This document shows, piece by piece, positions 14,475-39,430 of a DNA stretch of 64,000 nucleotides (the stretch's first letter is position 1; each line of letters starts with the position of its first letter). The notes beneath the pieces are model-generated. The model was given only the letters and a program-made list of their open reading frames with translations. It had not been told where the DNA came from and did not search any database. Source of the stretch: the human T2T-CHM13v2.0 reference genome, Homo sapiens; assembly GCF_009914755.1 (NCBI RefSeq), contig NC_060927.1. One strand, given 5' to 3'. The position numbers and the translations under genes are program-made.

Positions 14475-14795
14475 GTGTCGTGAGCTGTGCTATGGAGAGA
14501 CCCACATGGCAGGGAGGTGAGAGAGGCCTCAGTAGCCAACAGCCTGAAAGGAACTGAAATGTGCCAACAACAACCACTAAAGGAATCTCGGAAGCAGAGC
14601 TTCCCTCAGTTCAGCTGTGAGATGACTGCAGCCCCAGAGGACACCTTAATTACAGCCTCAAGAGAGACCCTGAGCAGAGGACCCAGCTAAGCCACACCCA
14701 GGTTCCTGACCTACAGGGACTGTGGAATATTCAATGTTTGTTTTAAGCTGTCAAATGTTGGGGTAATTTGCTATGCAGCAATAGATACCTAACGT
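14099..14795 (+). mobile_element. MLT1E/F-like LTR containing a compound microsatellite
   Basis: tgcagtaggcagcctctaa...ggtaatttgctatgcagcaatagata. Confidence 0.75.
14317..14472. repeat. Compound (CT)n-(CA)n microsatellite
   Basis: Directly visible: imperfect CT run followed by about 20 CA units. Confidence 0.95.
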
Positions 14796-15517
14796 AAGCA
14801 CCAACCAAAATCATGGGGCAGAACAAATCCACTGAAGATACCATTTCCAACACAACTAAGCACAGAGATAGTGGCTTTCACTCCATCATCCATGCAATGG
14901 ACATCAGGAACTACTGCCAGAAGTGCTGTCATGGGCCCTAAAGGTAGCTGCCAGCATGTCCACCCTACTCCCTCCACCCACCAGGATGGGTTCAACTTGG
15001 TCCCACTTTCCTACTGTAGTTTCTGCTTCAATGTCTGGGACAGGTTCACTTGATTGGTGGCTTCTAGATGGGCGGCCCATATCCCAGTTCTAAGAAAGGC
15101 TGCAAAAGCAAACTTTGAGCTCCTCTAAGGGGATCTCTTAAAACAAAGGGATGGAGACTTCCTTAAACATGGAAGGATGTTCACATGCCTGACAGCCAAA
15201 ATAATGATAAATTTCTAAATATCATCCCAGGCTGATCTCTAAACTCAAGCTTCAATGACTTTAAGTATTCCTGCTCTGCACAGCACTATTACCCCTTTCA
15301 GAATTCTGGATCCCCCCTTACCCGCTTCCTCCCTCCATAGGGCTACCAGCTTAGTCAGATTTTCGGAGAAATGTCTTTCTCAGTTTTCCTACACCTTCCT
15401 TGATACCCAAAGCTCTTGACCTTGAGTCCTTATCACTAGTGACAATTTCAAAGCTGGGTAAATCATTTATATAATGAAAGCATAATCTACATTAAGAATC
15501 TAAACAATTGGGATTTA

Positions 15518-16227
<710 letters not shown>

Positions 16228-17678
16228 TCAGAATCAAAGCATTTATTTCTGTATATTATTTTAGGTCCTATTGATATAGAAAGCTCCTAAAAATCAGTTT
16301 TTCTATTTTTCTTTATTTTAGGAACATTTGTAGAGTAGTTATAATATGGCAGCACCAGAAATAAGGTACTCAATTAAGAGGTGATCAGACATACTCAGAA
16401 ACAAGCTATCAAGATATCAACTTTCTTCACTTATTCAGAATCTGCTTTGTTTTAGGTACCATGGCAGACAGCAAGATGAAACTGTACACAAGACATTTAA
16501 AATGTAGTGATAGCAATTCCCTCTTTTGAAACAGCATAAAATAGCATAAAAACCAACATATGTTTTTAAATGTTCTACAGAATAGAAATAAATATGAAAA
16601 ATAACATCACCAAGAAAAGAATAATAATAATCCTCAACTGATATGCATCACTGATACCACTGACTAGAAAGGAAAGTGTAACTGTGATGAGCAGGTGGTG
16701 CTGAGCAGGTAAGGACACAGAACTAAGCTTCAATTCCCCTTCATCTGAGGGTGGCATGAGGTGAGGGAACAAAAAGAAGAAGCTGCCTCTCAGAGTATTC
16801 ATAAGACAGGTTAATTTTCAGTCCTTTAAAAATCTAATTAAAAGACCTGGCATTATCAGAGCCCTATTTTTGGTCAGCTTTTTCCAGGCTGGCAAATATT
16901 TTATACAGGCAGATAGGGAGAAAAACAATGCAAATGAACACTGTTTTTCAAGGCCTCTTTTCAATGGTGTTACTCCAAAGGAAAATTATAAAATAAATTT
17001 AGATAGCACTTTATATGGCTAACTAATTTAACTGTGGTCCAATGTTGATGTAAATGAAGAATGATCCAGGTGTCTTCCAGAGGTCCCTTTCTGATCTACA
17101 TATATTTCATGCAGAAGTTACACTCTAGAATTAATTTGTCTATGGTATATGGAAATATTGCTAGAGACTGGACTGGAAGCATGGTCACTTCTCAGCTTCA
17201 AGATATCTGGCTGCACAGCCCCAGGAGAATGCAAACAACTCCGCGATTCACATCTGTAAAAGCAGGAACCTTGAACCACACAGCTAAAGTTATTTCAGCA
17301 AAAAGAGTCTATCGAAAATTACTATTTGTTTTTTTTTTCATAAGCAACGTTTTATTTACAGGCATACCTTAGAATTATTATGAGTGTGGTTTCAGATCAC
17401 TGCAATAAAATGAATATCACAATAAAGAGAGGCACACGGATTTTTTGGTCTCCCAGTGAATATAAAAGTTACAATTGTGCTATACTGTAGCCTATTAAGT
17501 GTGCAATAGTATTACGTCTAAAAAAAGTACATACGTTAATTTAAAATATTTAATGCTATAAAAAGCTAATGATCATCTGAACCTTTGGCAAATTGTAATC
17601 ATTTTGCTGGCGGAGGGTCTTGTTTCGATGTGGATAGCTGCTGACTGATCAGGGTGGTGGTTGCTGAAGGTTAGGTGA

Positions 17679-18009
<331 letters not shown>

Positions 18010-18278
18010 TAAATAGGACAAAAACTAAGTTTGCTCCATTGATTGACTCTTCCTTTCACAAAAGATTTCTCTGCAGCATGTGATGCTGTTTAACAGCATT
18101 TTACCTACAGTAGAACTTCTGGCAAAATTGGAGTAAATGCTCTCAATCCTTCCTAATGCTTTATCAACTAAGGTTTTGTACACCTCAAGAACCCACTTGC
18201 TTTGCTTATTCATATAAGTAATTCCTCATCTATTTAAGTTTAATCATGAGATTGCAGCAATCTTCAGGCTCCACTTCT

Positions 18279-18526
18279 TTTTTTTTTTTTTTGAGATGGA
18301 GTCTCGCTCTGTCGCCCAGGCTGGAGTGCAGTGGTGCGATCTGCAAGCTCCGCCTCCCGGGTTCACACCATTCTCCTGCCTCAGCCTCCTGAGTAGCTGG
18401 GACTACAGGTGCCTGCCACCACACCTGGCTAATTTTTTTGTATTTTTAGTAGAGACGGGGTTTCACTGTGTTAGCCAGGCTGGTCTCCATCTCCTGACCT
18501 CATGATCTGCCCACCTCGGTCTCCCA
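18279..18526 (-). mobile_element. 5'-truncated AluY-like element inserted in Tigger1
   Basis: 14-bp TSD caggctccacttct at 18265-18278 and 18527-18540. Confidence 0.92.
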
Positions 18527-19298
18527 CAGGCTCCACTTCTAATTCTAGTTCTCTTGTTATTTCTAACACATCTACAGTGACTTTCTCCACTGAAGTCTTG
18601 AACCCCTCAACGTCATCCATCAGGATTGGAATCATCTTCTTCTAAACTCCTGCTAATAATCTGTTGACCTCCTCAAAAAAAATCGCAAATGTTCTTAATG
18701 GCATTTAGAATGGTGAATCCTTTCTAGAAGGTTTTCAATTTAGTTTACCCAGACTTATCAAAGGAATCACTATTTATGGCAGTTATAGGCTTACAAAGTA
18801 TATTTCTTAAATAATAAGACTTGAAAGTCAAAATTATACATAGAACAACGAGCTACAGAATAGATGTTGTGTAGCAGGCATGAAAACAACATTAATCTAC
18901 TTATACATCTCATTAGAGTTCTTGGGTGACCAGGTGCATTGTCAATGAGCAGTAATATTTTGAAAGGAATCTTTTTTCCTGAGCAGTAGGTCTCAATAGT
19001 GGGCTTAAAATATTCAGTAAACCACGCTGTAAAAATATGTGCTGTCATCCAGGCTTTGTTATTCCATTTACACAGTGCAGGCAGAGTAGATTTAGCATAA
19101 TTCTTAAGAGCCTAGGGGATGAAAAATGAGCACTGGCTTCAACTTAAAGTCATTAGCTGCATTAGTCTCTAACAAGAGACTCAGCCTGTTCTTGACGCTT
19201 TGAAGGCAGGCAATGACTCCTCTGCAGCTATTAAAGTCCCAGATGGCATCATCTCCCAATATAAGGCTGTTTTGTTTACATTGAAAATCTGTTGTTTA

Positions 19299-19593
19299 GG
19301 CTGGGCACAGTGGCTCACGCCTGTAATCCCAGCACTTTGGGAGGCCAAGGCAGGCAAATCACCTGAGGCCAGGAGTTCGAGACCAGCCTGGCCAACATGA
19401 TGAAACCCCATGTCTACTAAAAATACAAAAATTAGCTGGGCATGGTGGCACGTGCCTGTAATCCCACCTACTTGGGAAGCTGAGGCAGGAGAATCACTTG
19501 AACCCAGGAGGTAGAAGTTGTAGTGACCCAAGATGGCGCCACTGCACTCCAACCTGGGTGACAGAGTGATACTCCATCTCCAAAACCAAAAAG
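19299..19593 (+). mobile_element. AluS inserted in the Tigger1 transposase ORF
   Basis: 14-bp TSD aaatctgttgttta at 19285-19298 and 19594-19607. Confidence 0.93.
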
Positions 19594-20392
19594 AAATCTG
19601 TTGTTTAGTGTAGCCACCTTCATCAATTATCTTAGCTAAACCTTCTAGATCCCTTGCTGCAGCTTCTCCACCAACACTTGCTGCTTCACCTTGCACTTTT
19701 ATGTTATGGAGATGGATTCTTGCCTTAAACTTCATATACCAAACTCTGCTAGCTCCAGACTTTTCTTCTGCAGCTTCCTCACCTCTCTCAGCCTTCACAA
19801 AATTTAAGAGAGTTGCTCTGGATTGGGCTTTGGCTTAACGGAATGTTGTAGCTGGTTTGATCATTTATCCAGACCACTCAAACTTTCTCTCTATCAGCAA
19901 TAAGTTAAGGCTATTTTGCTTTCCTATCATTGTGTGTTTACTGAAGTAGCACTTTTAATTTTCTTCAAGAATTTTTCTTTTGCATTCACAAAATGGCTAA
20001 CTCTTGGGCACAAGAGGCCCAGCTTTCAGCCTGTCTTGTCTTTTAACACATCTTCCTCACTAAGCTTAATCATTTGTAGTTTTTGATTGAAAGTGAGAGA
20101 AATGTGGAGATGCCAGAGGAAAATGGCATCCAGGAGGCAGGACTAACTTGCAGCTCCCACTCGGACAATGGAAGAGCATGTGAAGACTCGCATCGTGAAC
20201 TTGTGCTACAAGAACTACTGCAGGAACATACCAGGAAAACCAAAAGAATTCACAGACCCTTTGAAGGAAGCAGACTGCTGTTCCAAGCTCTGTGAGACAG
20301 CTGAAAAACTGTGAGTGGCCAAAGTGTGAGGAGGGAAGATCCACCCTCGAAAACACATCCTCACTGGGGAATCTGAAATTCTAGATCACAGG

Positions 20393-22980
<2,588 letters not shown>

Positions 22981-25900
22981 ATGAGAGAAGGATTTGGCCT
23001 TACCAAGAGCTGAAACAAATTTAGAGAGCTGAGCAAAATATAAAGGTAGAAGAAACAGCAGGAAGAGCCCTGTGGGCACACCCAGTACCCAGGGAAACCA
23101 CTTCTGACTGTCTCACAGGGGCCTTTGGGGAGGCTACCAGTAGAACTGGGGAAAGAATACAGGGAGAAGGAAACTTTGAGATGAACTTTGTAATAATTAC
23201 AACCAAGCGTAAACATTTATGGGCAGAATCTGGGGGCAGTGACGGGAGCAAACAGGAAGTGCAGATAGGAGCACAGAGGCCATGGCAGGTGGGGAGAGGT
23301 GGGGCCTGAAAGGCCAGCTTGCTTTCTCAGTGGGGAGGCTTGTAGCCTGGGGCAAGATCTCAGCCCTACTCATGAGCTGCCTGGATATAAACTCGGTGCT
23401 GGTGGTGGGAATGAGACTGGCCTTGCTGGCTGAGTGGGAACTAGGTGAGGCCTGTCACTGCCAGCTTTCCCCACTTCCCTGGTGACCTGTATGATGCAGC
23501 AGAGGCAGCCATAATCCCCCTGGGAACATAACTCCATTGGACTGAGAACCACACTCCCAGCCCCTACAGCAGCGACAGCAAACCCTGCTCAAGAAGAGTC
23601 TGAGCTTAGACACGCCTGACCCTGCATCCAACTGATGGTCTTTCTCTACCCACCGTGGTAGCTGAAGACAAAAGACATAATCTCTTGGGAGCTCTATGGC
23701 CCTGCCCATTGGCTGAGAAACCCAAATATGTATCCAGGTGACCTTAGGGCAAGCTTGTATCAGCTGATGATCTCTTAAAAGTGCTACCTTCTGGCTGGAG
23801 GATAACCAACAACTAGCACAACCAGCATTCGAGAAAACCAGCACACTAAACAAAACAACCAAGGACCCTCACAGAGTCTACTTCACTCCCCTGCTACCTC
23901 CACCAGAACAGGTCTCCATGGCTGAGAGACCTGAAGACAGATCACTTAACAGGACTCTTTGCAGATATTCCTGAGTACCAGGCTGGAGCCTGGTAGCCCC
24001 ACTGGGTGGCTAGACCCAGACAAGCAATAACAATCACTACAGTCCAGCTATCAGGAAGTCCCATGCCTAGAGGAAGTGGGAGGGCACCACATAAGAAGAC
24101 CACCCTGTGGGACAAAAGAATCTGAACAGCAGCCTTTGAATACCAGATATTCCCTCTGACGTAGTCTACCCAAATGAAAAGGAACCAGAAAAACAATTCT
24201 GGCAATATGAAAAAGCAAGTTTCTTTAACACCCTCAAAAGATCACAATATCTCACCAAGAAAGGATCCAAACCAAGAAGAAATCCCTGACTTGCCAGCAA
24301 AAGCATTCAGAAGGTTGATAATTAAGCTACTCAAGGATGCACCAGAGACAGGTGGAAAACAATTTAAAGAAATTCAAAAGTAATGCAGACTATGGATGAA
24401 AAAATATCCAGAGAAATAGACGGCATCAATACAAAACAATCACAACTTCTAAAAATAAAAGATACTCTTAGAGAAATGCAAAATACACTGGAAAGTTTCA
24501 ACAAAAGAATCAAACAAGTAGAAGAAAGAACTTCAGAGCTTGAAGACAAGGCTTTTGAATTAACCCAATCTGACAAAGACAAAGAAAAAAGAATTAAAAA
24601 AAGAACAAAGCCTGGAAGAAGTTTGGGATTATGTTAAATGAACAAACCTAAGAATACTTGGTGTTCCCCAGGAAGAAGAGAAATCTCACAGTGTGGAAAA
24701 CCTATTTGAGGGAATAATTGAGGAAAATTTCCCTGGCTTTGCTGGAGATCTATACATCCAAATACAAGAAGCTCAAAGAACACCTAGAAAATTCATCACA
24801 AAAAGATCATCACCTAGACACATAGTCATCAGGTTATCTAAAGTCAAGATGAAGGAAAGAATCTTAACAGCTGTGAGGCAAAAGCATTAGGTAGTCTATA
24901 AAGAAAAACCTGTAAGATTAAAAGCAGATTTCTCAGCCAAAATCCTACAAGCTAGAAAGGAATGGGGTCCTATCTTCAGCCTCCTTAAAATAATTATCAG
25001 CCAAGAAATCTTGTGTCCAGCAAAACTAGGCTTGATAAATAAGGGAAAGATAAAGTCCTTTTCAGACACACGCAATAATCCAATTTCAGATCATAGGCAA
25101 CAAAAATGCTGAGAGAATTCGCCACTACCAAGCTAGCACTACAAAAAAAAAAAACAACAACCTAAAAGGAGTGCTAAATCTTGAAAGAAAACCTCAAAAT
25201 ACACCGAAATAAAACCTCCATAAAGCATAAGTCCCACAGGGCCTATAAAACAATACAATGAAGAAAAAAAAAAGTATTCAGGCAAAAAAAACTAGCAAAA
25301 TGAATCTAATAGTACCTTATCTCTCAAAACAAATTTTGAATGTAGATGGTCTAAATGCTCCACTTAAAAGGCACAGAATGGCAGAATGAATAAGAATTCA
25401 CCAACCAAATATCTGCTGTCTTCAAAAAACTCACATAAGATATAAGGACTCATAAACTTAAAGTAAAGGGGTAGAAGAAGATATTTCATGCAAATGGACA
25501 AAAAAAGTGGGCAGGAGCAGCTATCCTTATATCAGACAAAACAAACTTTAAAGCAACAGCAGTTAAAAAAAACAAAGAGGGACACTATACCATGATAAAA
25601 GAACTAGTCCAGCAGGAAAATATCACAATCCTAAATATATATTCACCTAACACTGGAGCTCCCAAATTTATAAAACAGTTACTACTAGACCTAAGAAATA
25701 ATGTAGACAGCAACACAATAATAGTGAGAGAATTCAATACTCCACTAACAGCACTAGACAGGTCATCAAGACAGAAAGTCAACAAAGAAACAATGGACTT
25801 AAACTATACCCTAGAACAAATAGACTTAGCAGATATTTACAGAATATTCTACCCAACAACTGCAGAATATATATTCTATTAATTAGGACAGGAAACATTC

Positions 25901-28900
25901 TCCAAGACAGACCATATGACAGGCCACAAAACAAGTCTCAACGAATTTAAGAAAATCATAATTATAGCAAGTACTCTCTAGGATCACGGTGGAATAAAAT
26001 TGGAAATGGACTCCAAAAGGAACCCCACAAAACGTGCAAATACATATAAATTAAATAATCTGCTCCTGAATAATTGTTGCGTCAACAATGAAATCAAGAC
26101 GGAAACTTAAAAATTCCTTGAACTGAACGATAATAGTGACACAACCTTTCAAAATCTCTGGGATACAGCAAAGTGATGCTAAGAGGAAAGTTCATAGCAT
26201 TAAATGCCTATGTCAAAAGTCTGAAAGAGGACAAACAGATAATCTTAGGTCACACCTCAAGGAACTAGAGAAACAAAAACAAGCCAACCCCAAATTCAGC
26301 AGAAGAAAAGAAATAACAAAGATCAGAGCAGAACTAAATGAAATTGAAACAACAACAAAAAATACAAAAGATAAATGAAACAAAAACCTGGTTCTTTGAA
26401 AAGATAAACAAAATTGATAGACCATTTGCAAGATTAACCAACAAAAGAAGAGAGAAGATCCAAATAAGCTCAATTAGAAACAAAATGAGAGATATTACAA
26501 CCGATATCACAGAAATACAAAAGTTCATTCAAGGATACTATGAACACCTTTACATGCACAAACTAGAAAACCTAGAGGAGATGGGTAAGTTCCTGGAAAT
26601 ATACAATCCTCGGAGGTTAAACCAGGAAGAAACAGAAACTCTGAACAAACCAACAACAAGCAGTCCGACTGAAATGCTAATAAAAAAAATTGCCAACAAC
26701 AACAAAAAATGTCCAGGACCAGATGGATTCACGGCTTAATTCTATCAGACATGCAAAGAACTGGTACCAAATCTATTGAAACTATTCCAAAAGATGAGAA
26801 AGAAAGAATCCCCCCTAAATCATGCTATGAAGCCAGTATCACCCTAACACCAAAACCAGAAAAGGACATAACAAAAAAAAAAAGAAAATTACAGACCAAT
26901 ATCGCTAATGAACATAGACGCAAAAATCCTCAACCAAATACTAGCTAATTGAATCCAACAGCATATCAAAAAGATAATCCACCGTGATCGAGTGGGTTTC
27001 ATACCAAGGATGCAGGGATGGTTTCACATGTACAAGTCAATAAATGTGATATACCACATAAACAGAATCAAAAACAAAAATCACATGATCATCTCAATAG
27101 ATGCAGAAAAAGCATTTAACAAAATCCAGCATCTCTTTATGATTAAAACCCTCAGCAAAATCGGCATAGAAGGGACATACCTTAAGGTAATAAAAGCCAT
27201 CTATGACAAACCCACAGCCAACATTATACTGAACAGGGAAAAGCTGAAAGCATTCCCCCTGAGAACTAGAACAAGACAAGGATGCCCACTTTCACCACTT
27301 CTGTTCAACATAGTACTGGAAATCCTAGCCAAGGCAATCAGACAAGCGAAAGAAATAAAGGGCTTCCAAATGTGTAAAGAGGAAGTCAAATTGTTGCTGT
27401 TCGCTGATGATATGGTTGTATACCTAGAAAACCCTAAAGGCTCATCCAAAAAGCTCCTAGATCTGATAAATGAATTCAGTAAAGTTTCAGGATACAAGAT
27501 CAACATACACAAATCAATAGCACTGCTATATACCAACAACAACCAAGCTCAACCCCTTTTACAATAGCTGCAAAAAATAAAACAAAATACTTAGGAAGAT
27601 ACCTAAACAAAGAGGTGAAAGATATCTACAAGGAAAACTACAAAACACTGCTGAAAGAAATCATAGATGACACAAACAAATGGAAACACATTCCATGCTC
27701 AAGGATGGGTAGAATCAATATTGTGAAAATAACCATACTGCCAAAAGCAATCTATAAATTCTATGTAATCCCTATCAAAATACCATCATCATTCCTCACA
27801 AAACTGGAAAAAAAATCCTAAAATTCATATGGAACTAAAAGAGGGCCCGCATACCCAAGGCAAGACTAAGCAAAAAGAACAAATTTGGACGCATAACATT
27901 ACCTGACTTCAAAGTATAATATAAGACCATAGTCACCAAAACAGCATGGTACTGGTATAAAAATAGGCACATAGACCAATGGAACAGAATAGAGAACCCA
28001 GAAAGAAAGCCAAATACTTACAGTGAACTGATCTTTGACAAAGCAAACAAAAACATAAAGTGGAGAAAGGACACCATATTCAACAAATAGTACTGGAATA
28101 TTGGCAAAGCACATGTAGAAGAATGAAACTGGATCCTCATCTCTCACCTTCTACAAAAATCAACTCAAGATGGATCTGAGACTTAAATATAACACCTGAA
28201 ACCATATACATTCTAAAAGTTAACACTGGAAAAACCCCTTCTAGACATTGGCTGAGGCAAAGACTTCATGACTAAGAACCCAAGAGTGAATGTAACAAAA
28301 ACAAAGATAAAGAGATGGGACTTAATTAAACTAAAAAGCTTCTGCATAGCAAAAGAAATAATCAGTGGAGTAAACAGACAACTCACAGAGTGGGAGAGAA
28401 TCTTCACAAACTATGTATCTGACAAAGGACTAATATCTACAATCTACAAGGAACTCAAACAAATCAGGAAGAAAAAGACAAATAATACCATCAAAAAGTA
28501 GGCTAAGGACATGAATAGACAATTCTCAAAAAAAGATATACAAATGGTCAACAAACATATGAAAAAATGCTCAACATCACTAATAATCAGGGAAATGCAA
28601 ATCAAAACCACAATGCAATACCAACTTACTCCTGCAAGAATGGCCATAATCAAAAAATCAAAAAATAACAGATGTTGGCATAGATGTGGTGAAAACAGAA
28701 CACTTTTACACTGCTGGAGGGAATGGAAACTAGTACAACCATTATGGAAAACAGTGGAGATTCCTTAAAGAACTAAAAGTAAATATTTTCCTCTTGGTAG
28801 ATACCACTCCTGCATCTCTACCAAGAGGCAAAGAAGTCATTATATGAGAAAGACACTTGTACACATATTTTTAGCAGCACAAGTCACAATTGCAAAGATA

Positions 28901-29820
28901 TGGAAACAGCCCAAATGCCCATCAATCAACGAGTGGATAAAGAAAATGTGGTATACATATATACACCGTGGAATACTACTCAGCCATAAAAAGAATGAAA
29001 TATGGCATTTGCAGCAACCTAGATGGAGCTGGAGACCATTATTCTAAGTGAAGTAACTCAGGAATGGAAAACAAAACATATGTTCTCACTTATAAGTGGG
29101 AGCTAAGCTATGAGGGCACAAAGGCACAAGAATGATATAATAGACTTTGGGGACTCGGGTGAAAGAGTGGGAGGGGGCAAGGGATAAAAGACTGCTCACT
29201 GGGTACAGTGTACATTGCTGAGGTGACAGGTGCACCAAAATCTCAGAAATCACCACTAAAAAACTTATCCATGTAACCAAACACTACCTGTTCCCACAAA
29301 ACCTACTGAAATTAATAAATATTTTTTAAAAAGTAAGAGACGTGTGAGTTGCCTTTCACTTGGACACTTGGAGGCCATTGTAGGGTTATCAACTGGCTTA
29401 ATTTCCATACTGTTATGTCTTAGGAAACAGGGAGAACTGAGGAGTGGGAGAGAGATGGGGAATCAGGTGGTTCATGGAGCAGTTAGTACACACACAACAC
29501 TTATCAATTAAGTTTGCCATCTTATATAGGCAGGGATTATGCCTCCCAAGAACAATTGCAATAGTAGCATTAAAGATCACCGATCACAGATCACCACAAC
29601 AGATACAATAATAATGAAAAAGTTTTAAATAGAGCAAGAATTACCAAAATGTGACACAGAGACACAAAGTGAGCCCATACTTTTGGAAAAACAGTGCCGA
29701 AAGACTTGCTTGACATAGAGTTGCCACAAACCTTCAATTTGTCACACACACACACACACACACACAAAATGCAGTGTCTGTGAAATGCAATAAAATAAAA
29801 TACAATAAAATGAACTTTGC

Positions 29821-35992
<6,172 letters not shown>

Positions 35993-37714
35993 AAAATGAA
36001 CTTTGCCTGTATTTTATCAGAAAATTTACACATATATAAATGTGTATGCATGCATGATTGGAACATATGTGTGTAACAGTTGTAATAATAAACAACTTGT
36101 CAATCTCCAAAGTGGTAAGTAGTCATAGACATCCTGCCTTTTCAATCAGAGATTGCTCTGATAGTAAAGGAACACAATAAATCAGTTGCCTTGTTTTTGC
36201 TTTAAATGGGGTTGCGCTGGTCCGCAGATCCAGGCAGCTCCTCAATGTCTAAACAACATTACTACTAGCAAATGGATCTCAGATGCTCTTGAAATACTTG
36301 CAGTTCACATTGTTGCCACCCTTTCCCATGAGTGCCTCAGACTTTCTGCCTCTGATTCATCCTGATGCCATAAGCCCTGGGATATTCTGTGTCAAATAAC
36401 TCAAAGCCCAGTTATGCAAAGGAGACTCAATTAGTCCACATTAAATATCCACTGTGAGTTCCACTGTCCAAAGGAGAAAGATTTCAATCAAATGAATTTA
36501 TTCTGCATTTAACATCCTGACTGCTGACTAAAGAATATTTAGGAAGTAGAAACATTTACAAGGTTATAAAGATGACATTTCATTTTCTAACCCACAAATC
36601 AATTTTTACTATAAAAGTTTGCTTTAGCAAGACTTGGGCAAATTGGCCTTCATGTTATCTCTTGCATTATGTGGAGCTTTTATTCAAAATACCTTTATGC
36701 ATATAAATGCCTAGCAACACCTTTTTGATGTATTCAGAATCTATAATTTTATTTAATTGGTAGAAAACAGGTTTTGACCAATTCTAAGAATGAATATGTT
36801 CCATCTTTTCCATGTGCTGCTCTCCCTTAAAGCCCCAGTTGAAGTCCTGCCATGAAATTACATTGCCTCCTTGACTTTCCTGCTCCTCCTATATATTTGT
36901 TTTTTCATACACACCTCTTTTAAGTAAAATATAACCCAGTTTGAATTTTAATACCCTATTGCTTTCCTTTACATTTTTAATCACAAAATGATGTGGCCAC
37001 CCAAGTTGGTTTTAGTACAAACACACAAAATTCACTGGAAATAAGTAAAACCACAAAGTCAGTGATCTGAAAACTGAAAGAACTGTCTTTCTGGCTATTC
37101 TTTGCATGAATAATATTTATTGTAGTAAGCTTCCTCTCTCAGAAAATCTGTTTATGAAATGTCATTCTGTTCACCTACTGCTCTTTCACACGTACATGAG
37201 TCCTGTGGGGCATTATTATGTCTGTGCCTGTGTTCCTCTTTGAAGTGAGCTCTTCTCACTTGCATAACCAAGACTGATCAACCATGAAGCTTTTTGTTTT
37301 TTTTGGTTTTTTTGACAGACAGTTATTGGAGCTTGAAATGGGAGAAAAAGTCTGAAAGAACTGCTTTCAGATATGGATACAAGGAGCCTTCTCCTTTCCT
37401 GAACCTCACGCTCCTACACACACATTTCTCTCTAGTGTGAACTATTACAGACTAAAATATCAAACATTTGGCTTACAGTATTGATGTTTCCACTTCATAA
37501 GTACAAATCTCAGAATATGTGCTCACTCAACAATAAGCTTCTTCTGAAGACACGACTATAAAAAAATTGGAATAAGGCGCATACATAGATCTAGACAAAC
37601 CTTCATATATTGATTCTAATTATTATTCTCCCTTGAAACCCATTTTTATTCTTTAAGGGAGGGCAGGCTTAGCTGATAATGAATGTCTTTTATTGCATTA
37701 CTTGAAGTAATTAC

Positions 37715-37886
37715 CTTCACTAGAATTTTGCCTTTCAAACTTTGAGGGCTTGGAAGCTGCTTGCACTCCCCTGTATCAACAGATGACAGGTCCAGTTTGT
37801 CTCCGAATATTCCTTTCAGGTACTGAGCAATCTTCCTTTGCTGCTGGATACTGCAGTGATTCTCGATAGACAATATAACAGGAAAC
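37715..37886 (-). CDS. PLCH1: PLCH1 exon D (172 nt): (E)[57 protein letters not shown]
   Basis: X-box motifs [11 protein letters not shown] and [14 protein letters not shown]. Acceptor ttttctcag|G, donor GTGAAG|gtaatt. Phase 2 to 0. Confidence 0.97.
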
Positions 37887-39074
37887 CTGAGAAAAGAGCA
37901 ACACAGTCCAGAGGCGTCAGGTGCAGGCAACTCACAGGGACTTTTGAAAATGATTCAGTATTCACTGTGTTGTTACAATCCTAGTGACAGTATTTGCGAT
38001 ACTGATGATGGTTAAAATGCTTCTAAAATGAGAAAGATTAGAAATGCATTTAAAAAATTCCTCTGAGCAAATATACTTTGCTAAGCATAATGGATGAACA
38101 AAATACCAATCCACATGGGATGGCTTTTCTAATATTTTGCATCAGGAAACAATGGTAGATATATTATGTTTCTTTTAAAAGAAGAGAAAATTTTAAAAGA
38201 GATGAGAAGTCTAAAGAAAGTAAACTCATATAATGTAATTTTGTCTTATTTATTCAAAAGTCTAAAAGCTTCTAAGAGACCATTGAATGTCATTAAATGA
38301 AGCTATTGACTCTAAAATATATAATTAACCCCCACCTTGAAAATTATGATTGAGGATAAAATAACATAAGGGAATTCTGTGTTTTATAGCATCCTACGTC
38401 GCACATTTCAAAATCACTTTGATAGAATTATATACTAGTCTTTGTCAAAAAATAAAAATAAAAACCAGCCAAGCATTCATTCTACACCAGCACTCAGGTT
38501 TCTGCACAGAAAACATGAGATCCATGTAAATAATTACCTAAAGGAGTTGGTGGCTAAGGCAGAAAGGAGATCAGGGCTGATTACATGATTTTACTCCTCT
38601 CTCAACCTTATTTTTTCCTCAGAATAAGAAATTATTTCAAATTCAGGTTCATTGACTTTTTTCTAGTTTTCCGTTACATGTCTTCAGACATAATAGGCAA
38701 TATATTTAAATCACCTAATATATCAATATATACCAATATTTAAATCACCTAATATATCAATGTGCAGAAAAACTTTTTCCAGGCTTTCATGACAAGCACA
38801 AGTTCCACAATACGGGCTATGACCGCCAGACCTACCTTCTCTCCTCATTAGTAAAACCTGATGCTGTGGGCCATCTTACAGATGAGCCTTTGTGGCTGAG
38901 GTAGGTTTCCTTACTCGACTACAATCTGTTTGCTATTCATTTCTTCACATAGGTTTTACCCTAAAGTGCTAGAAGAGGGAAAAGCAACAGCGACAACAAA
39001 CTGACAACCCTGAGTTGTCCTGCAGTCACATCAGGGAGTTTTAACAAGGAATTTTCACATTGTCAATTCATTTA

Positions 39075-39402
<328 letters not shown>

Positions 39403-39430
39403 TTAGTGCTTGATGATGTTTAGTGTAAAG

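Noticed and set aside
14229-14577. Ser/Leu, His/Thr and Arg/Glu repeat ORFs
   Set aside because: Translations of the (CT)n(CA)n microsatellite.
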